This document shows positions 28,214 to 37,581 of a stretch of 64,000 bases of DNA, piece by piece (the first letter of the stretch is position 1; every line of letters begins with the position of its first letter). Made by a program: the position numbers and the translations under genes. Below the pieces are notes generated by a model. That model had not been told where the DNA came from. It searched no databases and was given only the letters and a program-made list of their open reading frames with translations. The DNA lies in the NCBI GenBank assembly GCA_964544335.1, contig CAZJAJ010000004.1:67689-131688 (forward strand), written 5' to 3'. This DNA is from an uncultured Methanosarcinales archaeon. Its GTDB lineage: Archaea > Nanobdellota > Nanobdellia > Woesearchaeales > JABIAG01.

Positions 28214-30022
28214 ATGGACATGAAAGAGCTTTGTGCAATGGCAACCATCCTTCGCAAGGACTCCATTGAGATGACTACGGCTGCGGGATCTGGACACCCC
28301 ACAAGCTGTTTGTCGTGTGCGGATGTGATGAGTGCCCTCTTCTTTCATGCCATGTCTTATGATACTTCTGATCCACAGAATCCAAATAATGATCAGTTTA
28401 TTTTGAGTAAGGGACATGCGGCACCTATTTTGTATGCTGCATTGTCACATGCTGGGTGTATTGATGATGATTTACTGGGTTTGCGTTCATTTAAGAGCAG
28501 GCTTGAGGGGCATCCCAATCCTCGTTCTTTACCTTGGGTGAAGGTGGGAACGGGTTCTTTGGGTCAAGGTCTTTCTATTGGTCTTGGTATGGCACTTGCT
28601 GCACGTGAACAAAAGCGTAAGTATATGACGTATGTGTTGCTTGGTGATGGTGAGATTGCTGAAGGGTCAGTGTATGAGGCACTTGAACTTGCAAACGAGT
28701 ATGGTGTGAATAATTTGTGTGCTATTGTTGATGTGAATCGTCTTGGACAATCTGGTCCTACGATGATTGAGCATAGAATGAAGGTGTATAAGAAACGGTT
28801 TAGTTCATTTGGTTGGGATGTGATTGTTGTAAATGGTCATAGTATGCGGGCTGTTGTTCGCGCTCTTGATAAGGCAAAGAGTAGTAAGAAGCCAACGTGT
28901 ATTCTTGCTAAGACGTACAAGGGATATGGTGTTTCGTTCTTGCAAGATAAGGATGGGTGGCACGGTAAGTCACTGAGCTTAGAGGAAGCTGGAGAAGCAT
29001 ACAAGGAACTTGGTATGGCCGTTGCACCTCATATGAAAATTAAGCGTGTGAAGAAAGCCAAAGGTATTGATGTGCGGGCTGTGAAGTTGTCCTGTAATTT
29101 TAAGAAAGGTGATCTTGTTGCAACACGTGATGCGTATGGTGTTGGTCTTAAACTACTTGCTAAGAAGAGTAAACATCTCATTGTTACTGATGGGGAAGTT
29201 CGAGGAAGTACTCGTGCAGGTAAAATGCTTGATGTTGCTCCCGATAGATTTTTTGATGGGTATATTGCTGAGCAAAATTTAGTTGGTCTGAGTCTTGGGC
29301 TTGCATGCCAGGGACATCCCGTGTTTACATCTACTTTTTCTGCATTTTTTACTCGGGCGCATGATCAGATTCGTATGGGTGCTCTTTCGTTAGTTAATTT
29401 GAACTATGTTGGTTCACATGTGGGCGTATCTATTGGCGCTGATGGTGTTTCACAAATGGCTCTTGGTGATCTTGGGATGTTTCGTTCATTTCCTGATATG
29501 AAAGTGGTGTGTCCATCTGATGCTGTGAGTACGGTTAAATTACTTGAGCAGATGCATAATGATCCAGGTCAATGCTATATGCGAACGGCTCGTCCAAAGA
29601 CGCCTGTTTTATATGGTAATTCTGAAAGCTTTCCTATTGGGACGTTTAAGATTGTGCATAGTTTGCCAAAACCTAAAGCGTTGATTTTGGCTATGGGTGT
29701 TACGGTTGCTGAAGCCTCTGAAGCGTTTAAGGAACTGAAGAGTTCTGGTGTGAACACTACAGTGCTTGATTGTTATTCACTCAAACCCTTTGATGATAAG
29801 AAGTTGCAACGGATGGCAAAAGGTGTGAAGAAAATTGTTGTGGTAGAAGATCATTATGAACAAGGCGGTCTTGGTGAGCGTGTGTTTAGAAGTCTTAGTG
29901 GCATGAAGGTCGATATTGTGCATTTGTATGTGCATGGTGTTCCACATTCTGGTAGTGGTAGAGAACTACTTGGTGTGTATGGTATTGATAAGGATGCTAT
30001 TGTGAAGGCTGTTAGGAAGTAG
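28214..30022 (+). CDS. tkt: transketolase, single-chain
   Basis: GSGHPTS, SKGHAAP, GSLGQG, GDGE...N TPP motif, IAEQN, GADGVSQM, EDHY. Confidence 0.93.
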   Translation: MDMKELCAMATILRKDSIEMTTAAGSGHPTSCLSCADVMSALFFHAMSYDTSDPQNPNNDQFILSKGHAAPILYAALSHAGCIDDDLLGLRSFKSRLEGHPNPRSLPWVKVGTGSLGQGLSIGLGMALAAREQKRKYMTYVLLGDGEIAEGSVYEALELANEYGVNNLCAIVDVNRLGQSGPTMIEHRMKVYKKRFSSFGWDVIVVNGHSMRAVVRALDKAKSSKKPTCILAKTYKGYGVSFLQDKDGWHGKSLSLEEAGEAYKELGMAVAPHMKIKRVKKAKGIDVRAVKLSCNFKKGDLVATRDAYGVGLKLLAKKSKHLIVTDGEVRGSTRAGKMLDVAPDRFFDGYIAEQNLVGLSLGLACQGHPVFTSTFSAFFTRAHDQIRMGALSLVNLNYVGSHVGVSIGADGVSQMALGDLGMFRSFPDMKVVCPSDAVSTVKLLEQMHNDPGQCYMRTARPKTPVLYGNSESFPIGTFKIVHSLPKPKALILAMGVTVAEASEAFKELKSSGVNTTVLDCYSLKPFDDKKLQRMAKGVKKIVVVEDHYEQGGLGERVFRSLSGMKVDIVHLYVHGVPHSGSGRELLGVYGIDKDAIVKAVRK

Positions 30023-30029
30023 GAGTTAA

Positions 30030-30443
30030 TCATTTGTTTAGTTCTTCTTCAATTTTTTCAAGATTTTGTCTTTTCTTTTCAGAAAAGAACATAAAAAACC
30101 ATCCTGCAAGAATTAAACCCAGGGATTGGTATGGAGATTCTCCAGTGAATAAAGTGACTATTCCCCCCGTTAAAAGACCAATGCCAATTTTATCATAATA
30201 TCTATAGCTTGCATTATGAGACTTTATTATGTTTTCAGTATTAAATTCACCATACATTAATTCATTAACCACGGCAATAATTATTGCAATGAAGATACTA
30301 ATTAAACCAAAAAAAGCTAAACTAATGTTGTAATTCCGAAAATCAATACTGTAATTTATGAAATTATAAAGTATAATGAAAATGGTTCCGACTATTAAAA
30401 GTGTTTTAGCAAGTTCATTATAAAAATCAAATCTCTTTTTCAT
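30030..30443 (-). CDS. small membrane protein (about 4 TM)
   Basis: Hydrophobic segments; visibly AT-richer than neighbours. Confidence 0.55.
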   Translation of the reverse strand: MKKRFDFYNELAKTLLIVGTIFIILYNFINYSIDFRNYNISLAFFGLISIFIAIIIAVVNELMYGEFNTENIIKSHNASYRYYDKIGIGLLTGGIVTLFTGESPYQSLGLILAGWFFMFFSEKKRQNLEKIEEELNK

Positions 30444-30479
30444 AGATCTGCTAATAATATCTAAAATATAATTTTTTCC

Positions 30480-30953
30480 CTACACCACTTCAACAATTCG
30501 TACGTGATCGCCTCTGCCTTCGTATTTTACTTCGATGATTTTACCAGCAGGGTAGCAGAGCTCTGGAACTTCGTCGCCTGTTTTATTGATGGTTTTGATA
30601 TCTTCTACAAATCCGCTTCTTAATATGAGATTGCTGTCAAACAAGAAGAGGTTGTCTGTATCTGTTCCTGCGTAGGATTGAATTGGGATTTTTGTGGAAA
30701 GTGCGTGGTCTGTTACATAGCATACTTCACTTACACCTAAAGGAACTCGGTATTCGAATACTTGTGTTGTTCCTCTCAGGCGCTTTATTTGTGATGCGTC
30801 ATTTTGTACGTCTTGGATGAATCTAGTCATTTCTACTTCAGAACTGGTGTCTGATAGTTTTGAAATTGCCATGTAACCAAAGAGCATCACTAAGCCCATG
30901 ATTATTGCAACAAGAATGAAGACAAATACCATATTTGTTTGGCCTTTTTGCAT
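30480..30953 (-). CDS. pilin-like protein with class III signal peptide
   Basis: MQKGQ followed by a hydrophobic stretch (K-G|Q prepilin pattern); start taken at 30953. Confidence 0.6.
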   Translation of the reverse strand: MQKGQTNMVFVFILVAIIMGLVMLFGYMAISKLSDTSSEVEMTRFIQDVQNDASQIKRLRGTTQVFEYRVPLGVSEVCYVTDHALSTKIPIQSYAGTDTDNLFLFDSNLILRSGFVEDIKTINKTGDEVPELCYPAGKIIEVKYEGRGDHVRIVEVV

Positions 30954-31048
30954 GTTGTTACTCTCATTTACGACATTTATAAATGTTGTTCTCAATTTTG
31001 CATTACATGCTAAATCTTTATAAAATTAGATTGGCTCTTTTTTAGTCT

Positions 31049-32011
31049 ATGAAACACTATATCATTGCAATTATGGCCATTATTGCGATTCTGATGGTAG
31101 GTTGTACGCAATCACAACCGGTACCCGTTTTTGATACAACTACTTCAGATGACAGCAGTGATGACAATGATCAGCTACAGGCTCTACAAGAGCGGCTAGA
31201 TCAGTTGGAAAGAGAAAATCAAAACCTCGAAAGAGCGCTAGACGATGAAAGAGACTCATCAAGTACTGTTGACCAACAGGTAAGTAACGATGTTGATGAT
31301 ACAGCAGATTATACTAGAGCTGATACACAAGATAAGTTTGATGCTTTTATTGAAGATGAATCAGATGTTCGATTCAATGATCTTGATTGTGAACTAGGTC
31401 TTGAAAGTATTGCTGAAGATTTCTTTGCAGATCTTGGCGATAGAATTGAAGATTACGAAACCGTTCTAGAAGACGGTGTTGAAGAAGATCTTGATACACT
31501 AGAAGAAGATCTTGAAGATTTTCAAGCAGATCTTAGCGATATTAACTGGGATAGTGACCTTGAATCATCATCCACAAGTGGCATTACAGGTAACTACCAA
31601 AATGTAAGTGCAATTCTTGCACGAGCAGATACATTCTTCAATGATACCTACAGTGCTATTGATGATGTTCGAACTGAAATTGATAACGCAAAAGATTCAC
31701 TTAGTGATGAAGATGATTACGAAGATGCAGCAGATGATATCGACAATATTGTTGATGAACTTGATGATCTTGAAGATTCATTAAATGATCTTGCTGCAGA
31801 AATTAGTGATATCGAAAGTGCAATTGATGACGACTACGAAGATAACGCAGATGATGTTAAAGACGTAGAAGAAGATGTTGATGCACTTTCATCTGATATT
31901 AGCAGAATGCAAGATGATCTTGATGATCTAAGAGACATTGTAGAAGATCTTGCTAACGCATATGAAGATGAAGACGATACACTAAAAGAATTTGAGGTAC
32001 TTTGCCGATAA
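31049..32011 (+). CDS. very acidic helical lipoprotein
   Basis: Signal peptide ending LMVGC; 107 of 320 residues D/E by manual count; heptad periodicity. Confidence 0.75.
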   Translation: MKHYIIAIMAIIAILMVGCTQSQPVPVFDTTTSDDSSDDNDQLQALQERLDQLERENQNLERALDDERDSSSTVDQQVSNDVDDTADYTRADTQDKFDAFIEDESDVRFNDLDCELGLESIAEDFFADLGDRIEDYETVLEDGVEEDLDTLEEDLEDFQADLSDINWDSDLESSSTSGITGNYQNVSAILARADTFFNDTYSAIDDVRTEIDNAKDSLSDEDDYEDAADDIDNIVDELDDLEDSLNDLAAEISDIESAIDDDYEDNADDVKDVEEDVDALSSDISRMQDDLDDLRDIVEDLANAYEDEDDTLKEFEVLCR

Positions 32012-32034
32012 ATTCTTTCTTCTTATTTTTTCTT

Positions 32035-33243
32035 TTATTTCTTTCTTGTAAACGGTGCGTTTACGTTATATAAGATTACTAAACCAAGCACAAAGAATAC
32101 GAGTACGCTAAAGAGTGCTGCTTTGATGTTTACTGAAACAGAGAGGATACCAAAGACGACTGGTTGGATGCCTCCTAACTTTTCGGTGAGTCCTTGAAAA
32201 CCAAGTAATTCTGCGAGTTTATTTTTTGGTGCAAGATCAATCATCAGTGGTCGTGTTGCTGTCCAGGTTCCACCAAGGATTGCGCCACCTACCAATCCTA
32301 CGATGTAGTAGGTGAGTAGTTCTGTTTGCACGATCATGGCAAGTAATGCTGCTATCCAAATGATGAGAATGGTTACAAGTGTATTCTTTGGTCCTATGAC
32401 ATCAGTCATTCTGCCAAAAATAAGTGATCCTGCTCCTGCAGTAAGCGCCATTGCGCCCAGTATCCAAAAGAATTCTTGTATACCTATGCCAAAAGATTCT
32501 CTTCCAAATCTGAAGAGGAAGATGATAAGCGTGTTTGCAGCACCTACATAGGTGAAAGATGCGAGAAGGAATAGCCAGATGTTCTTGTGTTTTTTTGCAT
32601 CAGTGAGTGTTGATTTTATTTCTTTGATAGCTATTTTGAATCCGTTTTTGTGTGACATCTGTTTGACATATTTGTCCTTTACACCAAAGAAAAGGAAGAG
32701 TGAGAATACAAAGAAAAATGCTGCTGTGAACATGAAGATTGCTCGTACTGCGGTGATGTTTACATCCCAGTTCATTTGTGAAAGTATTATTGCACCGATA
32801 AGTAGAGATAGAACTGTTCCCATGTACCCAAATGCTGTTCCTATTCCTGATGCTGAACCGATTCTTGATGGTTTTACGATGTCTGGTAAGATACTGTCAT
32901 ATATATCAAGTGATGCGTGATAGAAAAGGTTTGCAAAAAGTCCTAACACGATTGCCCAGAAGAGATTTCCATAGGAGATTGCAAGTGTTGCTGCTATACA
33001 TATGAGTGTAAAAAGTACTATGTAGGTTCGTTTTACTTTTGTTGCATCAGACATGCCTCCTGCAATGGGTACGATGATTGCTGATAGGACTAATGAGAGG
33101 CCCATGGCAAGTCCTACGTGAAAATCTGTTCCACCAAGGAATTCTGTAATGAGTAGTGGGAAGAAAATAGTGATGATTAATGCGGAAAATGCTGTGTTTC
33201 CTAGGTCATAGAGTGACCAATAGAAGAGTTTACGATTGCGCAT
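32035..33243 (-). CDS. MFS transporter (UMF1/Atg22-like)
   Basis: WSLYDLGNTAFS start, YDSILPDI, ASGIGTAFGYMG; about 12 TM. Confidence 0.88.
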   Translation of the reverse strand: MRNRKLFYWSLYDLGNTAFSALIITIFFPLLITEFLGGTDFHVGLAMGLSLVLSAIIVPIAGGMSDATKVKRTYIVLFTLICIAATLAISYGNLFWAIVLGLFANLFYHASLDIYDSILPDIVKPSRIGSASGIGTAFGYMGTVLSLLIGAIILSQMNWDVNITAVRAIFMFTAAFFFVFSLFLFFGVKDKYVKQMSHKNGFKIAIKEIKSTLTDAKKHKNIWLFLLASFTYVGAANTLIIFLFRFGRESFGIGIQEFFWILGAMALTAGAGSLIFGRMTDVIGPKNTLVTILIIWIAALLAMIVQTELLTYYIVGLVGGAILGGTWTATRPLMIDLAPKNKLAELLGFQGLTEKLGGIQPVVFGILSVSVNIKAALFSVLVFFVLGLVILYNVNAPFTRKK

Positions 33244-33283
33244 CGTTATTTTTGGTAAAAGAGGTATATAAATGTATCTTCTG

Positions 33284-33394
33284 TTTGCTTGGTAGGACTT
33301 ACTCTTTTGGATCGACTGCTCAGTCCTGAAAGGTCAGAGACACACCCTGTCCACCTGCGCTTTGCTTGGTAGGACTAGTCTTTAGGATCGACTG
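33284..33394. repeat. imperfect direct repeat (35/34 bp) of the DUF357 gene 3' end with 42-bp spacer
   Basis: tttgcttggtaggact(t)a(c/g)tcttt(t/a)ggatcgactg at 33284-33318 and 33361-33394. Confidence 0.8.
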
Positions 33395-33671
33395 TGAAGA
33401 GCACATTATCGCCATCGACATCAAAGAGTCCGAGTCTTGCGCCTGCATCAAGCCAGCCGTGTGCGTAGTTGAGAGCTGCAAATGCGTTGATGAAGTCATT
33501 TTTTTCTTCAAAGTGCTTTGCGTCTGAAAAGTAGCGTGATGCCATGTCAAAGAAGTCTTCTGCTTTTTCCTTCCAATCAAATGTTCCACTTTCTGTGAGC
33601 TTTACTTTTTTGAGGGCTCTTCCTGTCACATCGAAGTATTTGTCTAGTTTTTCTCGTGTAATCTCTTGCAT
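33375..33671 (-). CDS. DUF357 domain protein
   Basis: YFSDAKHF...NAFAALNYAHGWLDAGARLGLF motif. Confidence 0.9.
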   Translation of the reverse strand: MQEITREKLDKYFDVTGRALKKVKLTESGTFDWKEKAEDFFDMASRYFSDAKHFEEKNDFINAFAALNYAHGWLDAGARLGLFDVDGDNVLFTVDPKD

Positions 33672-33708
33672 ACAAACATTTAAATAGTGTTTTTATAAAA
33701 AACTTACT

Positions 33709-33716
33709 GAGGTGAT
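33709..33716 (+). promoter_or_regulatory. Shine-Dalgarno site
   Basis: GAGGTGAT, complementary to the archaeal 16S 3' end, 5 nt before ATG 33722. Confidence 0.7.
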
Positions 33717-33721
33717 ACAGT

Positions 33722-34084
33722 ATGAGTTTTGAACCAATTGAAGATAAACGAGATATGGTATGCACAATTGCTGCTGTTCTGTTAATTATTGTTGGTGTAC
33801 TTTCATACCTTGGCATCACGGTTCCGTATTTAGTGCCTGTTGTTGCAGTGCTCTTTATTGTGGGTGGTCTATTTGGTATCTTTGACGCATTTAGTGTTGA
33901 TGGTACTGCAAGACTAATCTACATTGCATTGTTTCTGGTACTAGTGGTTATGGGTCTTAGTCAATTTATGGCAATTCCTGTAATTGGAGACGTGCTTGGT
34001 CTTGCGTTTGTGGGTACTACACATTTAGTAGTGAATGCTATTGTAGCAATTGCATTGCTTGCAGCTGCATTTCAAAGTTTCTAG
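33722..34084 (+). CDS. small membrane protein (4 TM)
   Basis: Almost entirely hydrophobic 120 aa; strong SD. Confidence 0.75.
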   Translation: MSFEPIEDKRDMVCTIAAVLLIIVGVLSYLGITVPYLVPVVAVLFIVGGLFGIFDAFSVDGTARLIYIALFLVLVVMGLSQFMAIPVIGDVLGLAFVGTTHLVVNAIVAIALLAAAFQSF

Positions 34085-34357
34085 ATTTTTTGTTTTATTT
34101 TTTCTTTTTTATGAGGTAGCTTTTTAAAGGGTCATTTAGTTCATGGTGTTCATGACTCAAGACAATACACACATTGGTGCTCTTGTAGAAGAGTGCGATT
34201 GTTTGGATATAGAAGAATGTATGGAATACTGTATTCGACCTAAACAACCCGTTAGCGAGGGAATTACTGGTCCTTGGAGATCTATTGATCACCCATCAAC
34301 CGAATATCTGCCAACTAATGATCGAGCAATGTCACAAGATATCTATCTGGGATAATT

Positions 34358-35329
34358 TTATTCTTTAGAAGATTCTTTAGGGAATTGATAGAATACTTTT
34401 GATATTTCTACTGCGAGTCCCTTCTCGTTTTTCATAATGCTCGCTGATGACATTTTTGCGGTTCCTAGTGCTACGAGTTCATCTTTGAGTGTCATGATCG
34501 CTACTTGCTGATCTGGTTCTATGATATCGTAGAGTTTTACAATTCCTGGGACGTTTAAATCAACGCCATGAGTGAGTGGTTTTACTGCAGTGTCATGGAT
34601 CCAGATTTTTGGTAGGTGTTCTACTGCTGTTTCCATGGGTTGTAGAATTTTCATTAATGGTTTGCTGTCACCTTCTTTGTGATAGTGCATGGCATCTGCA
34701 AGATCTTGGAGCGTGACAATGGTTTCTTCTGTAAATGGACCTGCTCGTGTTCGTCTTAGAGACTGCATGTGCGCTCCACAGCCCATTCTTTGCCCAAAGT
34801 CATGAATGTATTTTCGAATGTAGGTTCCTGCTTGTGTTCCTACTCTAAATAGGATGTCTTGTCCATCAATTTCTAGAATTTCTGCATAGTAGATGGTTCG
34901 TTTTCTCCATGCACGTTTGACAGCAGATTTTTTTGGAGGTAGTTGATCGATGGTTCCGATGTACTCATCAAAGGTCTTTCTGATCTCTTCTTCTGATTTT
35001 TCTGCGTGTAGGTGCATAATGGCAATGTACTCTTTTCCTGCGGTGAGTAGTGCTTGCACAATTCGTGTTGCTCGTCCAAATGCCATTACGAGTACGCCGG
35101 TAACTCCAGGGTCGAGTGTTCCTGAGTGCCCTGCTTTTTTGGTTTTGAGAATACGTTTGGTAAATTCTGCTGCTTGGTGAGAGGTTGGCCCTGATGGTTT
35201 GTCGATGTTAACAATAGCACCTTCTAGGAGTTCATCTGCTGTTCTCTCTTCTGGCCGTTTACCTAGTTCTCCCTTTGCTTCTTGCTTTGTGAGAATGGTG
35301 AACTGCTTTTCTTCATATGGGAATGGCAT
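34358..35329 (-). CDS. cbf5: RNA-guided pseudouridine synthase Cbf5 / TruB
   Basis: DKPSGPTSH, GHSGTLDP, GTYIRK, LRRTRAG and C-terminal PUA domain. Confidence 0.95.
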   Translation of the reverse strand: MPFPYEEKQFTILTKQEAKGELGKRPEERTADELLEGAIVNIDKPSGPTSHQAAEFTKRILKTKKAGHSGTLDPGVTGVLVMAFGRATRIVQALLTAGKEYIAIMHLHAEKSEEEIRKTFDEYIGTIDQLPPKKSAVKRAWRKRTIYYAEILEIDGQDILFRVGTQAGTYIRKYIHDFGQRMGCGAHMQSLRRTRAGPFTEETIVTLQDLADAMHYHKEGDSKPLMKILQPMETAVEHLPKIWIHDTAVKPLTHGVDLNVPGIVKLYDIIEPDQQVAIMTLKDELVALGTAKMSSASIMKNEKGLAVEISKVFYQFPKESSKE

Positions 35330-35350
35330 TGTAGGTGGATTATCGTTGGT

Positions 35351-35785
35351 TTACATAAAAAGGTTTAGATCTACGTCAAAATATTTGGGAAAGCATTCTT
35401 TCTTTTTTTGGTATTCGTCTTTTGCAAATGAGGAGTAATCAATCCCTAGTGCTTGGATTGGAAATTTTACTTTTGTTGTTTGTCCTATGTCTTCACTAAG
35501 ATAGCAATGTAGTGGTAATCCTAATGTGTGGTAAGCAACGGCTCTTGTGTGTCCACCATCAAGTAATGCAACGTCTCCATGCATCAGTATTGGCTCGGGA
35601 TCAAGATAGTATGCCCCTTGAGATTGTAATCGATCAAGAATAGGTATTGGAGGTAGTTGATCTCCATTACGTATTGCTTTTATGAGTGCTTCTAAGCAGA
35701 ATCCATTTACAGATGTTTGAAATCCAATTACTTTGTAGTCAGCTAGTGGTATTTGAATTGTTGTGTGCTTGTTTGGGTCATACAT
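35351..35785 (-). CDS. ParB/sulfiredoxin-like N-terminal domain protein
   Basis: LPPIPIL...LLDGGHTRAVAY resembles the ParB/Srx DGxHR motif. Confidence 0.55.
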   Translation of the reverse strand: MYDPNKHTTIQIPLADYKVIGFQTSVNGFCLEALIKAIRNGDQLPPIPILDRLQSQGAYYLDPEPILMHGDVALLDGGHTRAVAYHTLGLPLHCYLSEDIGQTTKVKFPIQALGIDYSSFAKDEYQKKKECFPKYFDVDLNLFM

Positions 35786-35832
35786 GTGTTAAGAGAATTG
35801 AGATGATATTAAAAAAATGAGTGAAAAAACAA

Positions 35833-36363
35833 TTACTGTTTTTCAGTTGTTTTCTGCAGTTCTGCAACTTTTTCTGCTTTTTCGTCTTGAGCTGCGTTTT
35901 CAGCTTCTTTTGCAACTGCTTTTTCTTCAGCTTTTACTTCAGGTGTTGCCTTAGGAGCTGATGTTTCTACTGCTTTTTCATCTGCTTTTGATTCTGCTGG
36001 AACGTCTGTTGATTCCTTTTCTTCTTCTTTAGCAGGTGCTTTTGCAGCAGCTTTTGATTCTGTTTTTGGTTTAGCTTCTTTCTTTTCAGAAGCAACAGGT
36101 GCAATTCCTTCAAGATTTGCCATTACTTTTCCTTCCTTGTCTTTTACTGCATCAACAGTAATTTTACCAGGAGGATTTCTAGAACCGTTTTTCCATAGCA
36201 GTAAGTTCAGTTCTTTTCCAAGCTTTACATTGTCTGACTTCATGTGTTTTTCAAGGAAAGCTCGAACTGCTTTAACTGCTCTGTTTGTTCTCTTTTGGCG
36301 TGTTGCCTTTTGAGATTCTTTTCTGATAGGAATTGTGTATGTTCGTTTAAGTTCGTCTGCCAT
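35833..36363 (-). CDS. rpl31e: 50S ribosomal protein L31e with K/E/A-rich C-terminal extension
   Basis: RTYTIPIR, RAVKAVRAFLEKHMK, LWKNG...PPGKITV. Confidence 0.93.
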   Translation of the reverse strand: MADELKRTYTIPIRKESQKATRQKRTNRAVKAVRAFLEKHMKSDNVKLGKELNLLLWKNGSRNPPGKITVDAVKDKEGKVMANLEGIAPVASEKKEAKPKTESKAAAKAPAKEEEKESTDVPAESKADEKAVETSAPKATPEVKAEEKAVAKEAENAAQDEKAEKVAELQKTTEKQ

Positions 36364-36365
36364 CT

Positions 36366-36539
36366 TTACTGTTTGGTTTTACCCCGTCTCCAGTGTCTTT
36401 TTACGGATGTGTGTCTTCCAGGGTGTACCTTTTGACCTTTACCATACATTTTCAAAACGGTCCAGAATGGAGCCCAACGGGTTTGCCGTCCTGCTTTGAT
36501 AAGCCGTTTTTTTCGTGAATAGTGAACAAATCGTGCCAT
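36366..36539 (-). CDS. rpl39e: 50S ribosomal protein L39e (57 aa, not in ORF track)
   Basis: Translates as MARFVHYSRKKRLIKAGRQTRWAPFWTVLKMYGKGQKVHPGRHTSVKRHWRRGKTKQ; lies between rps19e and rpl31e. Confidence 0.9.
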   Translation of the reverse strand: MARFVHYSRKKRLIKAGRQTRWAPFWTVLKMYGKGQKVHPGRHTSVKRHWRRGKTKQ

Positions 36540-36540
36540 T

Positions 36541-36954
36541 TTATTTAGCCACCTTATTGATTAGTGCTTTTCCTTCAGCAGTGATTGCTCGGCCTTTGTG
36601 TGCGCCTTGCTCAACTTGTTTTACTAGCTTTGCTGCTTCAAGTTGCTGAAGTACTTTACGAATGATATTTCCAGATGCTTTTCTTTGTGCTTCTGGCTTT
36701 ACGCCTCGGTTCTTTCTACCACCGTATTTGGTTCGTAGTTTACTTACACCGATAGGTCCTTTGATTGCAACTACACGTAGAACAGATGCTGCTCGTGTTT
36801 GCCACCAATCATCTGCTACAGGAGGTCGTTGTTTGTGATTACCTGTTTTACAAAATGCTGCCCACTCTGGAGCGCTTATTTCTTTAATGTTTTTTAGCTC
36901 GTCTGCAAGTGCAGAGATTAAAACGTTTGGATTTTGTTTCTTAACTGATACCAT
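36541..36954 (-). CDS. rps19e: 30S ribosomal protein S19e
   Basis: PEWAAFCKTG, WWQTRAASVLR, GVSKLRTKYGG, SGNIIRKVLQQLE. Confidence 0.97.
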   Translation of the reverse strand: MVSVKKQNPNVLISALADELKNIKEISAPEWAAFCKTGNHKQRPPVADDWWQTRAASVLRVVAIKGPIGVSKLRTKYGGRKNRGVKPEAQRKASGNIIRKVLQQLEAAKLVKQVEQGAHKGRAITAEGKALINKVAK

Positions 36955-37096
36955 TTATTATCCTCAGACTCTTCAGAAAATCAGGTCCGTTTATAAATGT
37001 TACTGATGCCCTTAGGCGTCATAATTGGCAAATACTGCATCCTGGAACTCTTTCTGAGAGCAATAAGCTTAAATAGGTGAAAAATTGTAGGGTGTC

Positions 37097-37579
37097 ATGA
37101 TTTCATTGCATGCTCTTCGTGAACAGGTACACACTATTCCTTCTGTTGAGGAGGCAATTTCTCGTGTGCAATCTGAGATTAAGACGTATGTTGAGGAAAC
37201 GCAAGATGAGGGAATGGTTGCTCATTACTTGCAATTATCTCGGTTATTTGCTGAACTTTGCACGCATGAGCAGACGACTGAGCGACTGCAGAGTTTAGTG
37301 TCTGGCATTGGTTCTCTTCGTGGCGCTCTTGTGGTTGATGATGCAAAAACGGCTATGAAACTGGTGCAGAAACACTCTAGTGATGGGAAACTGAGTGCTT
37401 TGGTGCAGCGATCTCGTGATTTTCGAGGAGAAATTAGAAAATTGAAAGGCTTTGAAGATACGTTGCCACAATTAACATTGCTTCGAAAAGATTTGAAAGC
37501 AATTCAAGATCAGCAGTATCAACTTGTGAAAGCAGGTTCTGTTAAATTTCTAGAATTGAGTAGACGCGCTCTGCAGTGA
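37097..37579 (+). CDS. hypothetical helical protein
   Basis: 160-aa ORF divergent from rps19e. Confidence 0.55.
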   Translation: MISLHALREQVHTIPSVEEAISRVQSEIKTYVEETQDEGMVAHYLQLSRLFAELCTHEQTTERLQSLVSGIGSLRGALVVDDAKTAMKLVQKHSSDGKLSALVQRSRDFRGEIRKLKGFEDTLPQLTLLRKDLKAIQDQQYQLVKAGSVKFLELSRRALQ

Positions 37580-37581
37580 TT

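Noticed and set aside
34143-34355. 70-aa Cys-containing ORF
   Set aside because: Could be real, but no motif or other support; left uncalled
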